64,000 bases of DNA from contig NC_043003.1 in the NCBI RefSeq assembly GCF_006345805.1, positions 20,584,001-20,648,000 of the forward strand, given 5' to 3'. Positions 38,571 to 51,524 of the stretch are shown here, one piece after another. Position 1 is the stretch's first letter; each line of letters begins with the position of its first letter. The DNA comes from Octopus sinensis (lineage: Eukaryota). Position numbers and translations under genes: made by a program. The notes under the pieces were generated by a model, which ran no database searches, was not told where the DNA came from, and was given only the letters and a program-made list of their open reading frames with translations.

Positions 38571-38810
38571 AGTAGTTGTAAGGCAGGTTGTAGGTAGAAT
38601 CGTTAGCACGCTGGACAAAACGCTTAACAGCCTAACGTCCGTCTTTACGTTCGGAGTTCAACTTCTGCCGAAGCTGACTCTGTCCTTTCATCGATTCGGG
38701 GTCGATAATATAAGTACCCGTTAAGAACTGGGGTGGATGTAATCGACTAGTCTCCTCCCCACCGAATTTCAGGCTTTGTGCCTTCAGTAGAAAGGATTCT
38801 TTTTCTTCAT

Positions 38811-38841
<31 letters not shown>

Positions 38842-39012
38842 ACAACGTCATCTCTATCATTCTCCATGTCCCGCGTATACTTTCCTTTTTATCATTTCAT
38901 TATATATAAACCCCCCCACACACACACTTTATGTCTGTCTCTATATTGTTCCCCTCATCCTTCGCTCTGTGGCAAATAAATGAAAGCATTATTATTACTA
39001 TTACTATTATTA

Positions 39013-39050
<38 letters not shown>

Positions 39051-39953
39051 TATTATTATTATTATTATTATGGTAGTTGTTGTTCTTCTTATTGGCGAAC
39101 TAGCAGAATTGTTAGCACGCCGGACAAAATGCTTAGCAGCATTTTATTTTGCTCATCCTTACTTTCTGAGTTCAAATTCCACCGGTGTCGTCTTTACCTT
39201 TCATCCGTTCAGGGTTGATAAATAAGGTATCAGTGAAACACTAGGGTGGATGTAATCGACTAGTCCCCACCACCACCACCACCACCGATTTCAGGCCTGG
39301 TACCAATGGTAGAAAGGACTATTATAGAGGCTGCGAGCTGGCAGAAACGTTAACACGCCGGGCCAAATGCTTAGCAGTATTTCGTCTGCCGCTACCTTCT
39401 GAGTTCAAATTCCGCCGAGGTCGACTTTGCCTTTCATCTTTCGGGACGATTAAATAAGTACCAGTTACGCACTGGGGTCGATGTAATCGACTTAATCCGT
39501 TTGTCTGTCCTTGTTTGTTCTCTCTGTGTTTAGCCCCTTGTGGGTAGTAAAGAAATAGGTATTTCGTACCATATCCGTGCTCTGTCCAGTCCATACATTT
39601 CACATAACCTCCAATGGACGTTATCGTGTCACCTTTTGTAGTATTTTTGGGCCAGCTTGCTATACTCACTCACAATATGTGAGACTGTTTCGTTTACTAT
39701 TATTATTATTATTCTATGTTTGACTTTTGCTTTATGTCTGTACAAGTTGGCTCCAAGTCTCACCCAGAGACCTCAAGAGACAACAGGTTAGAAGTTCTGT
39801 GCCATATATTTGGGTTTTTTTTGTTTTTGTTTTTTTTTGGTGTTGTACTAGTGAATGTCTAATACATAAAAAAAAAAGAAATAATAAATAAATAAATTTT
39901 TTAAAAAGTTTGTTTTAAACCTTGGGATTACATAGAGAGTATTTTGCGTAGGA

Positions 39954-40002
<49 letters not shown>

Positions 40003-40197
40003 ATCATCATCATTATTGTTATCATTATTATTTTTTTTCCTTCTTTCTTCAATTTTTTTCCATTCCTCGCTGAATGTTTTCCGTACACCTACGGCAGAGA
40101 AGCTCATTGTATGTACAGAAAAACACTCGGCGAGAAATGGAAGAAAATTTGAAGAAAGAAGGAAAAAAAAAATGATAATAATGATAATGATGATGAC

Positions 40198-40248
<51 letters not shown>

Positions 40249-40317
40249 CGAAACAATCTCACATTTTGTGAGTGAGTATAGCAAGTTGGCCCATTATTAT
40301 TATTATTATTATTATTA

Positions 40318-40352
<35 letters not shown>

Positions 40353-40440
40353 GTGGTTGTTGTTGTTGTTATTATCATTATTATTATTTCTCTTATTATT
40401 ATTATTATTATCATTATTATTATTATATTATTATTATTAT
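36598..40440. repeat. ~1.97-kb tandem duplication (units start at 36598 and 38568) bounded by (ATT)n tracts; each unit holds three SINE B copies and nested inverted repeats
   Basis: Offset 1970-1972 bp; differences seen are single-base indels and microsatellite lengths. Confidence 0.95.
37355..37595 (+). mobile_element. SINE B with Tx1-like tail (duplicate at ~39325-39567); standard-tail B copies at ~36610-36830 and ~37118-37350
   Basis: GAGCTGGCAGAAACGTTA head; tail ends AAAGAAATA|GGTATTTCGT. Confidence 0.9.
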
Positions 40441-41698
40441 TATATTATTATTATCATTATTATTATCATTATTATTATTATTATTATTATCATTATTATT
40501 ATCATTATTATCATTATTATTATGATTATTATGTTAATACTCAAGATGCAAGGTGCTCCACAATGCTCTCGTTTCCGGATTAGTACCACGCGATTTTTTT
40601 TTTCAAAATTGCTTCGTAAAAACATGCGAGCCGTCAGTTGCTTCATTTTCTTCACCCAGTTGAGGCAAAAATCAAAGAAACTCTATATAATATTATTTGA
40701 ATATTATTTTGTTGACATTTAGCATAAACACACACAGACACACACACACAAATATACACACTCACTCACTCACATACACACACCTTACTGTAAATAAAAG
40801 AAAAAAATAGCTGCGCAGAAAATACACAAAAACGGAAAATACAGAAAAATATTATATAACAAAGCAGGAATACTTTGAAACATAGCACATAATGATATTT
40901 CTATAAAGGAACCTTTATTTCTGTACGAAGAGCAATGATAGATAAATGTGCATATAGCATTTCGGTAAAGGTATATTGGTTTCATATAGGCGCTTGATGG
41001 AATGGTCGTGTGTATTTTATTCGTGCGTAATACCACTTTCAATCAGTAGGAAGGGCGGACATCAAAGGTAAACCAGAAATGAAATCCTTATGTCACTCTC
41101 ACTAGATTATATAAAAGCAAAAACAATGTCTATACATCTTACTTGTTTCAGTCATTGGACTACGGCCATTCTGGAACACCACCTTGAATCGTTTAGTCGA
41201 AGAAATCTTGGTTCAAGTCTAATAGTTGATCTATCAGTGACTTTCGCCGAGCCGCGGCAAAATACACTGCAACGTAGGGCAAATCAACGCCGATTGTCAA
41301 GAGGTGCTGAGAACAAACACTTACACACACACACGTGTGTGTGTGCTTGTGTGTGTGTACATTTGTGTGTGTACATTTATAAATGCAATAATGCTTTACG
41401 AGTGAAACCTGAGATATATTTGTTCTGTATCGATTAAGATACTCCTTTAATACTCCACCTGTCAGATATGCAGCGAACCAGGGATTAGCCCATGGAAAAC
41501 TCATAACTACGACGTTATCTTCCCAAATTGTTTTATCAAATAGATATAACAAATAATATATTGTCGTAGCTGTATGTATATGTCTCTGTGTGTTTGTGTG
41601 TGTGTATATGTGTTATATATCTCCAGAGCAACACTCGCTACAATAGTATACCATACATGTGTATACCACACGATAATGCTACCCCTACATTAAAATAG

Positions 41699-41768
<70 letters not shown>

Positions 41769-41998
41769 CATATATATGTATGTATGTATATCACGCGATA
41801 AAATTGCCCCTTCATTAAACGTGGAACGGCTGTCGTGTCTAGTTAAATATATAATCCTCCATCACTCGAACACCTGAGGGATGCTCTACTTGGCCGCTCA
41901 CTTATACACGATATAGCAACCAAACTTACGTTATATCGCACGGTACTTCTTGGAGAGGGAAAGACATATTGGAGATTGTTGTACGTGATATATAAAAA

Positions 41999-42038
41999 TA
42001 CCCCTCTGTGTTTAGCCCCTTGTGGGTAGTAAAGAAAT
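41999..42038 (+). mobile_element. 40-bp 3'-terminal stub of the Tx1-like tail with 11-bp TSD
   Basis: ATATATAAAAA at 41988-41998 and 42039-42049 flanking CCCCTCTGTGTTTAGCCCCTTGTGGGTAGTAAAGAAAT. Confidence 0.85.
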
Positions 42039-43090
42039 ATATATAAAAACATGGAATGGTCATGGCAAGAACGCTTTTGATCATAGCATTCACGTGGCCG
42101 TGGAACTAAACAATAACAATAAAGGCACACGATTTCCAAAGAGTCAACGTTAAATCTTTCAAGGGATCATTCGATCAGCTCGAAATATCAGCTAGGTATC
42201 CCTCAATTATTCACTATCCCTTCTTGAAGAGAAAGAGACACACTGAATAATGTAATCATTGATGCGCAGTTCCTAATATAAGGAGATGGTCATGGTTAGA
42301 ACGCCTTTGAGCAGAGATCTGTTTAGAAAGTACCGACCTGAGCCAAACAACAAGGTCTTCCTATAATGTATTGTTTGATTTAACAACAGTCATTAGCACT
42401 TCTAAACTTCGTGTCTCTCTTTCAGTCATATGTACGTGTGAGTCAACTATAAAATGAAGGCAGTATGGAATCCTGAATCTTCGATATTCCCCTCACACTT
42501 CCGCTCCCTGTTTACATTCAGGGGATGAAGATATCGATTAAGCTGATTTATGTTCGTCAATATATGCCATTACAACCACAACCTGGGATAGCTTTTGTCT
42601 AACAAGCGCGATAATGTACTGTGTCAGATGTCTTTTAGGTGATGGCTTTCGTTCTGTGTGTTTTTTTCCTTCCCGGCGAATAAACTTCTGGATACTAAAA
42701 TAACTGTGATTGATGTAACCAAAGGTAGTGTAATAATAGCTTTCTGTAAAGTTTTTCTATCGATGTTCATTGGGAAATTGATGTCCTTCAATTCATTCTC
42801 GTGTCCTTCTATTCATTCTCGTCCTAGGTTGTCGTATAATATGTAATTTACAGAATATGCTTGCGCTGTTATATAAGTTTGTTTTTAAATATATTTCATT
42901 ATTTTATCAACTATTTTATTGGACATATTTTAAGTAAAGTACTCTACATATCAGGCACGCTAGATGCCCAAAGAAAAACTTTTTTTTTTTTGCAGTATTC
43001 CGTTTCGTCCATCTAGGTTCAAATCCCAACCAGTATTTTTTGCATTTGGCCCATTTTGCTACCATCTTTCTTCCCGAATACATTGTTTAT

Positions 43091-43189
43091 TTTGTTGTGT
43101 CTAAGGAGAGTCATTTTCTTTTTGTGCCTTATAATGAAACACACTCACCGGTAAAATTTCCACTTATTTCTTATTTTTATTTTCCTAAA
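43091..43189 (+). mobile_element. 99-bp fragment of the 27073 family with 11-bp TSD
   Basis: ACATTGTTTAT at 43080-43090 and 43190-43200. Confidence 0.85.
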
Positions 43190-43290
43190 ACATTGTTTAT
43201 GTTTCATTTAATTTTACAAACAATGAAAAATTTAGTAAAATAATTACATTGTTATTAATATTTTGTCGATGTATCACATATGATACGCAG

Positions 43291-43395
43291 GACATATTTC
43301 CCTGGCGACCGTGCATCCTATACGATACACATGCCTAATTTTTTCAATCACCAGAATAACTTCAGACATGAAGATCAAATTTTATGTTACTCATT
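43291..43395 (+). CDS. Predicted coding exon 3 (105 bp, phase 2 to 2): (R)TYFPGDRASYTIHMPNFFNHQNNFRHEDQILCYS(L)
   Basis: CAG acceptor (weak pyrimidine tract), GTATGA donor, open frame, non-repetitive, phase-compatible with both neighbours. Confidence 0.55.
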
Positions 43396-43569
43396 GTATG
43401 ACACAAGAGCTAACTAAAAGTCTGAAAGCAAGCGTAGACGTTCAGAACAGACATATGAAAATACTTTGGACTGGCAAAGGGTTAAGTTGATGTTTGAAAC
43501 ACAAATTAACATATTTTGATGGAAGTTTTTAATAAAAATCATTTTAAGACAGGATATTTGTATCGCAAA

Positions 43570-43784
43570 ATCCTTTCTACTATAGGCACAAGGCCTGAAT
43601 TTTGTGGGAAGGTGGGGAAGTCGACTATATCGACCCCAGTGCGTAACTGATACTTAATTTATCGACCCCGAAAGGATGAAAGGCAAAGTCGACCTCGGCG
43701 GAATTTGAACTCAGAACGTAGCGGTAGACGAAATACCGCTAAACATTTCGCCCTGCGTGCTATCGATTTTGCCAGTTTACCGCC
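43570..43784 (-). mobile_element. Full-length SINE B (standard tail) with 13-bp TSD
   Basis: TTTGTATCGCAAA at 43557-43569 and 43785-43797. Confidence 0.9.
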
Positions 43785-43882
43785 TTTGTATCGCAAACTC
43801 AGGGACTGTCTGAGGCTGATTGATATCAAAACGAATAATTTCTTTACGACCGATGGTAAAGCTATTTGAGTTGCAAAAATAG

Positions 43883-44290
43883 TGGCTGTGTGGTAAGTAG
43901 CTTGCTTACCAACCACATGATTCTGGGTTCAGTCCCATTGCGTGGCACCTTGGGCAAGTGTCTTCTACTAATAGCCTCGAGCCGACCAAAGCCTTGTGAG
44001 TAGATTTGGTAGACGGAAACTGAAAGAAGCCCGTCGTATGTATGTATATGTATATATATATATGTGTGTGTGTGTGTGCTTGTGTGTCTGTGTTTGTCTC
44101 CCCCCAACATCGCTTGACAACCGATGCTGGTGTGTTTACGTCCCCGTAACTTAGCGGTTCGGCAAAAGAGAATAAGTACTACGCTTACAAAGAATAAGTT
44201 CTGTGGTCGATTTCTTCGATTTAAAGGCGGTGCTCCAGCATGGCCGCAGTCAAATGACTAGAACAAGTAAAAGAGAAAAAGAGTAAAGAG
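43883..44290 (+). mobile_element. Near full-length SINE A
   Basis: A/B boxes, internal microsatellite, GTAAAAGAG tail; further copies at ~46585-46965, ~47731-48062, ~41155-41330 (-), ~25120-25285 (-), ~57375-57510 and ~60945-61015. Confidence 0.9.
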
Positions 44291-45165
44291 TATCCAGTTC
44301 CCAGTCTTTCCAACAAATTTCTTTCTTACGGTCAGCCTAAGAAAGAATCATGTAAAGGCGCCTGTTTCATTGTTGCACCCACGATCGTCAGAACGTGGTT
44401 TCGATTCCTGGACCTGACGGCATGTTGTGCTCTTGAGCAAAAACTTCCTTTTACATTACTCTAGTGCCGTGTAGGGATCGACCTGTCAGAGAATAGACCT
44501 AACGTTTCCTCTGCGTGTCGTAAAAGGCGACCAAAATAGGTTGAGGTAGGATTTGCAGCCCGACCTCATAAAGCCCTCATCAGCAACGACTCCTCAAACA
44601 GACCCGTGGGTTGGAAGATTGTTGTTTGAGTGGTGCAAAGGTGTCATCCGCCAGCTGTAGGGAATCACCAACAAAAGGTGGATGCAGTGCGTTCGCCCTA
44701 CCACTACTACTACTACTACTACATTTATTAAAATAAAATTTAAGCATATTAATTTCCCAATATTTGCTCAGTTCCATGCATTTACAGGGAGGATGTGAGG
44801 CACATTGATTCCTAACGGTTCGTATGTGTTTGTAGTAATAAGACAACATATGGACACCCAAAAGAGGATTCGGATAATTTATTGATTTTATGGAGAATTT
44901 CTGAAATTGATATAACATTAAGGAAAAAAAAGCAGTCTGATTGCCAATAGACAAGAAGATAGCTGCGCGTGATTGTTTCTGCTTCAGATGTCGTTATCAT
45001 CACAGCAGTTGTCTCACTTAGATACCATGTGGTTAGAGTGTTCGCGATCATAATGTTGTGGGTTTGATTTCTGAACCGGACAGTGCGTCATGCTCTTGTG
45101 AAAGGCATTTCATTTTACGTTGCTTCACTCAGCTGAAAATGGATATCTTCTGAATGCTTGTGTAG

Positions 45166-45270
<105 letters not shown>

Positions 45271-47007
45271 TATCATATCTTCGGTGTTGCAGTACTCAAG
45301 AGTAGGAGAGTAGAGAGAGACTGCTTATGGTTATTATTGATGTGATATTCCTTTAGTCTTCATGTCTAATTCTAATTTAAGTATTGGCTTCTGAAATTGC
45401 CTTCGTAAATTATGATATATTATTTAAAAGGTTTTTATCTCTGTCGACTAAGACAGCTGTTCGATAAACTAAAGATTTAGTTTTGTATATATTACTGACT
45501 GACATATCTTTTCAATTTAACAATTGGAGTTATCTCTTTTGTCACCTTGACGGAATATACTCCGGAAACTATCCATTCTGAGTCAAACGACACGATAGCT
45601 ACAAAACGGATGCCTTTATATTTTAAAGTCATACTACTTATTCCCAGCGTAAAGTGAAATATGACACCATGATTTTTAAGAGTTCTAATACAAACTAGGC
45701 ATTGTCAGGCAAGACGAAATCTATGTACTAACGAGAGAATTATTCTTCAGACTTCATGCATAACTGGATAATTCTGTTTTATTCCTTCGTTCTCAAAGAT
45801 GGACTTAATGTATCGGCTTTTAAACTTGTCTTCACTCATACCCATATGGTTTTTCTTTTAACGTACGACCTATTAAGGATGTAACTTAAGTTCTTTAAAC
45901 AACAGATTTCTTAAAACAGCATCAAGGAAAACTAGAACCACATTCGTTTTCTATCGCGCAATCTGAACTATTTTTTCTACAATTACATAAAATGACACAA
46001 AGGATGTTTTTAGTACAGCTATAACTAACTTTCATATTATTTCCGTTAAATAATTAACGGTAATTAATTTTGCAGCCTCCTGTCCTGAAAATGATATTAG
46101 TATTGAGTTATTCTATAATAGCAACATCATCTGATTATTCCCTTTCTATTCAGTAATAGAAAAATTGTCCAAATTAAACTGTATAATATTTTTCTATATG
46201 ACACATTGATTCCACTTGAACAAATTCATAATATTACACCCTTCGTAATATTTTTTCTATCTGCTAAAGGCACAAAGTCTGAAATTTTGAGCGGGGATGG
46301 CTAGTCGAAAGCATTGACTGCAGAGCTCAAATGGAACTTATTTTATCGACCCTTAAAGTCAAAGTCCGGTGCGATAATGATTCTGCTAGCTCGCTGTCTT
46401 GCGCCATTTGTAATATTATGAATAAGTCATCTCAGTTGAATTGAATTTTATAGATTTTACCTACTTTGGTTAGTGAATCCTGGCATTTTTATCAGTTAGC
46501 TATTCAAGTGTTAGTAATTATTCTTAAAAAGTCTTTTAAAATATTAATGTTTTTGTGTATATGTGTGCATGTGCGTATATACAGGTGCAAGCGAAGCTAT
46601 GTGGTAAGAAGTTTGTTTCCCAACCACATGGTTCCGTGTTCAGTCCCACTGCATGGCACCTTGAGCAAGTGTCTTCTACTATAGTCCCGAACCGACCAAA
46701 GCCTATGGTAGACGAGAACTGAAAGAAATTTGTCGTGTACATATATATATATAGTGTGTGTGTGTGCGTGTGTGTCTTTGTTTGCGCCCCAAATCACCAC
46801 TTGACAACCGGTTGGTCATTTATGTCCCCGTAACTTAGAAGTTCGGCAAAAAGAGAAACGATAGTATAAGTAGGCTTATAAACTAAGTACCGGAGTCGAT
46901 TTGTTCGACTAAATCTTTTGAAGGTGGTGCGACAGCATGGCCACAGTCTAATGAGTGAAGTAAATAAAATTATAAAGAAGAAAAGAATATATACAGATAG
47001 ATCGATC

Positions 47008-47107
<100 letters not shown>

Positions 47108-47890
47108 AGACAGGTTCGAGAGAGCGAGAGAGAGAGAGAGAAAGAGAAAAGAGGAGAGAAAGGAAAAGAGAGAGAAAGAGGAAGAGAGAGAGAAAGAGGA
47201 AGGGAGAGAGAAAGGAAGAGAGAGAGAGAGAAAGTGGAAGGGAGATAGAAACGAAGAGAGAGAGAAAGAAATAAGAAGGAGGAAGCCAGAATGATTGTGA
47301 ATCTAAAAACTAACACGAACATAATTAAAACCTTCCTGATTCAAAATTCTAAAAGACCATTTTGGATTACACAGTTTATACGAAAGACTCGAATGCATTT
47401 CAGAAAATCTATTCCGCGCTATTACCAATTATGTACATTTGATATGTACTTACTGCTACTTGCAAACCTTCTTAACTTCTATAATATTGATTTCTCCTAT
47501 AAGCTAAGGCCTTAAAATTAGGGTTGGCTATAGTTGGTTATATTGATTGTAGTACTTGAGTAGCTACTTGTTTTATCGACCCGAGAAGGCTGAAAAACAT
47601 CCTACCGATCGGCAAGGATTTATCTAACATTATATTTCAGAAATTGCATTGTATGCAAATGAAGTGTCCTGTATATGGTTGCCCTACTTGCTGCTAGAAG
47701 TAGCAACTAAACTTCACCGGATTTTTTCGACGCAGGAGCGGCTGTGCGGTAAGTAGTTTGCTTACCAACCACATTGCTCCGGGTTCAGTTCCACTGCGTG
47801 ACACCTTTGGCAAGTGTCTTCTGCTGTAACTCCAGGCCGACCAAAGCCTTGTAAGTGGATTTGGTAGACGGAAACTGAAAGAAGTCCGTC

Positions 47891-47935
<45 letters not shown>

Positions 47936-48565
47936 CGCGCTCTTGTCCTCCCACCATCACTTGACAACCGATATTGTCGTGTTCACGTCCCCGTAACTTA
48001 GCGGTCGGTTCGGCAAAAGAGACCGATAGAATAAGTACTAGGCTTACAAAGAATAAGTCCTACTGTCATGTCCTTCAGTAGAAGCAAAACTGGAAAGTAA
48101 TGCAATACAGTTCGTTTGTAGACAGTTCGTTGCTGAGAAAACTGTTGGGAGCGAAGGCCATCTTCCGTTACTTTCCTGTTGAGTTCTAACAGCTCTGTAT
48201 AAACATATTCAATATTGTCTCACCACTGTATTGCATCTTATATTTAAATAATTCCTAGTGCTGCTGTTGGCTAATTGTAAAGAGCCTGCATGTGAGGTTT
48301 CAGTCAATGTATAAACATGTGAACGGATTGGTTGAAAAGAACCAACTCAATTGAATTATAAATGAAATTTGTGAACACGAGTTCAAATCGCTGGACAAGG
48401 CACAAATATAGTCTTACACTGGAGAAAGTCACTACATATTTAAATATTCTATTATGCATAGACACGCACATATCCTATATAAGCCTTCTCGAACGACCAT
48501 AGTACATTTACACACTCATCCACACACACACATAAATACATACACACATGCATACATGCACACAA

Positions 48566-48603
<38 letters not shown>

Positions 48604-48830
48604 TTGTGTGTGTATGTAGGGTAGGAGGAGTTTTCATCTGGGTGACTCAAACTAATAGGTACGCCTTCTGAGTGCTCAAAATAGTTGTGCAACTAAAATT
48701 CCATTTGAACAACAGAAGTGGGTTCCTCTTGACTCAGCGGGTATAGACTAAAGTAGTGAGGAAATGTGATCAATTAGGCAAGACTTGACAAGGACATTCA
48801 ATTTGATTTAATTTAATTTAGCTACATAAA

Positions 48831-49026
48831 GAATGATAAAAAAAAATAGTCTCTGACAGCTGTTTCTGGGATATCCCAGGTACACACAAAACTATATTCC
48901 ATTTAGTTACATGTACAGAATATCGGAAAGCTTCCGCGCCGTTTCCGTTTACCCATTGTCTAGAAAACACTTAGGTCAAGCTGAAACTAGTGTTTCATAC
49001 CTACAGATAGATCGATCGATCGATCG

Positions 49027-49068
<42 letters not shown>

Positions 49069-49399
49069 AGACAGATTCGAGAGAGGGAGAGAAAGAGGAA
49101 GGGAGAGAGAGAAAGGAAGAGAGAGAGAAAGAGGAAGGGAGCGGGAAAGGAAGAGAGTGAGAAAGAAATAGGAAGAAGGGAGCCAGAATGATTGTGAATC
49201 TAAAAACTAACACGAATGTAACGAATGGTAAAAAACATAACGAATGGTAAAAAAAATTGTCTCTGACAGCTGTTTCTGGGATATCCCAGGTACACACAAA
49301 ACTATATTCCATTTAGTTACATGTACAGAATACCGGAAAGCTTCAGCGCCGTTTCCGTTTACCCAATTTCTAGCCAACACTTAGGTCAAGCTGAAACTA
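48831..49399. repeat. ~158-bp direct repeats (48831-48989, 49242-49399) flanking a copy of the GATA/purine block at 46992-47319
   Basis: GTCTCTGACAGCTGTTTCTGGGATATCCCAGG... repeated; AGCCAGAATGATTGTGAATCTAAAAACTAACACGAA at both ~47285 and ~49181. Confidence 0.9.
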
Positions 49400-49662
49400 A
49401 TGTGAAATATGTTTGTTTAAAGTGTAATGCAACAGGAACGAACTTAAGCTTTCGTGATTGAAAAGTGAATTCCTTAACTGCTCCGTGGAGTGACACTATA
49501 AAATTATTTATACACAACACGTAAGAGCACATCGTCAAATATATAGCTGTGTGATATTTAAATACACACAACACACGATTGCATAAGCCTCAGGATAAAC
49601 ATTGATTTCACTCACTGCGTCGTATGCTAAACACATCCAATTACTTGATCTTCCGTGTTTAG

Positions 49663-49718
49663 AGGAATTCATCATTGGTTGACCAGTGACATTATCTGGC
49701 GGATAATGATAGAGAACT
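49663..49718 (+). CDS. Predicted coding exon 4 (56 bp, phase 2 to 1): (L)GIHHWLTSDIIWRIMIEN(Y)
   Basis: TTGATCTTCCGTGTTTAG acceptor, GTATGG donor, phase-compatible. Confidence 0.55.
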
Positions 49719-50079
49719 GTATGGAACTGTAACTAATTGTATGCGGAAGAGGGTTTTTGATTTATAAGGAATTACTGAATTGTCCCATCAGCGGAACTGA
49801 AGGGAGTAGGATTGCAATTAAGAAATGAAATCTAATCTTAGGCGTAAATGAAGAGGAAAAGTTATAAATCCTTCAGATTGGTTTGGTTCATAGAGAACTT
49901 ACATAATAATCAACAGCATTCAGTATACATTAACACACACACATATACACACAACACCGCATCCATGGGAACAGTCGATGCAAACACCCGCTATGGCAAT
50001 TTTGAAAACCATTAGAATCTATAGAAACTATTTCTATGCACTTGAAAATGCTCAACATTCACGCTCAAAGATTAATGTT

Positions 50080-50318
50080 ATAAAATTTTTGCACAAGGCC
50101 AGTACTTTTTAGGGGGAAAGGGCAACTCAATAATATCACCACCATTGCTCCATTTCACACCATCCCCAGTGCTAAAATGGTACTTATTTTCTCGACCCCG
50201 AAAGGAAGAAAGGCGAAAATAACCTCGGCGAGATTTGAACACAAAACATAAATAGCCGGAAGAAATGCTGCTAAGCATTTCTTCAGACACGCTAACAATT
50301 CTGTCGGTTCGCCGCCTT
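50080..50318 (-). mobile_element. Degraded SINE B; others at ~46255-46405 (-), ~60090-60160, ~61640-61790 and ~62385-62598 (+)
   Basis: Family B core motifs. Confidence 0.75.
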
Positions 50319-50372
50319 ATTCAGAACCAAAGATTAAGGATTAAATTTATTTATAATATCTATGATATGAAG

Positions 50373-50470
50373 ATAAGATTCAAGAATATGACGAGAATGT
50401 ATCATTGTTCGGAAGCTTAGCAAAAATAACAAGGAAATGCAGAAAAATTCAACGACTGAGAGATAAATAT
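50373..50470 (+). CDS. Predicted coding exon 5 (98 bp, phase 1 to 0): (Y)KIQEYDENVSLFGSLAKITRKCRKIQRLRDKY
   Basis: GTAAGA donor at 50471; AAG acceptor is weak, so the 5' boundary is less certain; phase-compatible. Confidence 0.5.
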
Positions 50471-50741
50471 GTAAGAAAAAGCTTCTTAAGAGGAATTTTA
50501 CACAGGATTAAATCTAGTATCAACTTATGCCATACCTCTTTTCTCTGAACAAACGTCTCTGTATCTAGCAAAAATGTCGACATGAAATTATAGATACACA
50601 CCTTACCATAATCAGTGGGCGATCGGGGAAACAGTATGAAAGCATTATTGGTTTCTATGTGTATCGGCATTGCTATAGCCATAACTTTATAAAGTAGCAG
50701 GTGTCAACAATGGTAAAATTCAAGAATATAGACAGACAGAA

Positions 50742-50772
<31 letters not shown>

Positions 50773-50781
50773 TAGACAGAC

Positions 50782-50836
<55 letters not shown>

Positions 50837-51322
50837 CAGATAGATAGATAGATAGATAGACAGATATAAGTATATACATATACATATAAAGTATGCATAT
50901 ATGCGTACACATATGCTGCATTTACATATCAATAGACTCCTTGGTGTATATGTGTGTATGCGTAACTATAAGTACATAAACGAGATAGCAATCACGGAAA
51001 AGACTATGAATTGTCATAGAGAAAATTAAATCCTCCCACGCACATACGCAAAAACTATGAACAAATGAATAAATTCATTAACATTCCACACGTAGTGGCT
51101 TTATATCCAATACAGCTGCCCAACGGTGTATTAATAAAGAATGACTATATATCAATTTGACATGTAAATGTCATTAAGCAAGCAATCTATGCATCTGATG
51201 ACGTAATATCCGTGGATATGGATGTGGAAACATGGCTATGCTGCCGCTTGCAGAGACAGTTCAGATCAACCAGAAAAAATCAGTTGGCAAAAAATTAATT
51301 GATGAAAAATAGTTAGGATGTC

Positions 51323-51524
51323 GGAGATGTACTTGCATAGCAAGTGGCCTGATCTGAGATCGTGTGCTGGAATGAAAACAATTGCAGCGTGGAAGGTGTT
51401 TATAAGCCATTTAAGAAACACACAAAAACCGTTAGATTCACTTCAACATTTAAATTTGATTTGTCAAAATATTTTCGTCGCTTTGAGACCGCGACCTATT
51501 CACTGACAAAACTTCGTGCTGCAT
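51323..51524 (-). mobile_element. 202-bp non-coding retroposon (retrozyme/PLE-like) with 11-bp TSD
   Basis: GTTAGGATGTC at 51312-51322 and 51525-51535; no TIR, no poly-A; carries a hammerhead fold. Confidence 0.8.
51460..51510 (-). ncRNA. Minimal type-I hammerhead with inverted 3-8 pair
   Basis: UUUGUCA-GUGAAUA-G-GUCGC-GGUCUCAAA-GCGAC-GAAAAUAUUU|UGACAAA; 7-bp stem I, 5-bp stem II, palindromic AAUAUU. Confidence 0.65.

Noticed and set aside
44470-44545. Second HDV-like motif (GTCGTAAAAGGCGAC-CAAAA-TAGGT)
   Set aside because: P2- and P4-like pairings exist, but only 6 nt lie between P2 and P1, too few for P3/L3.
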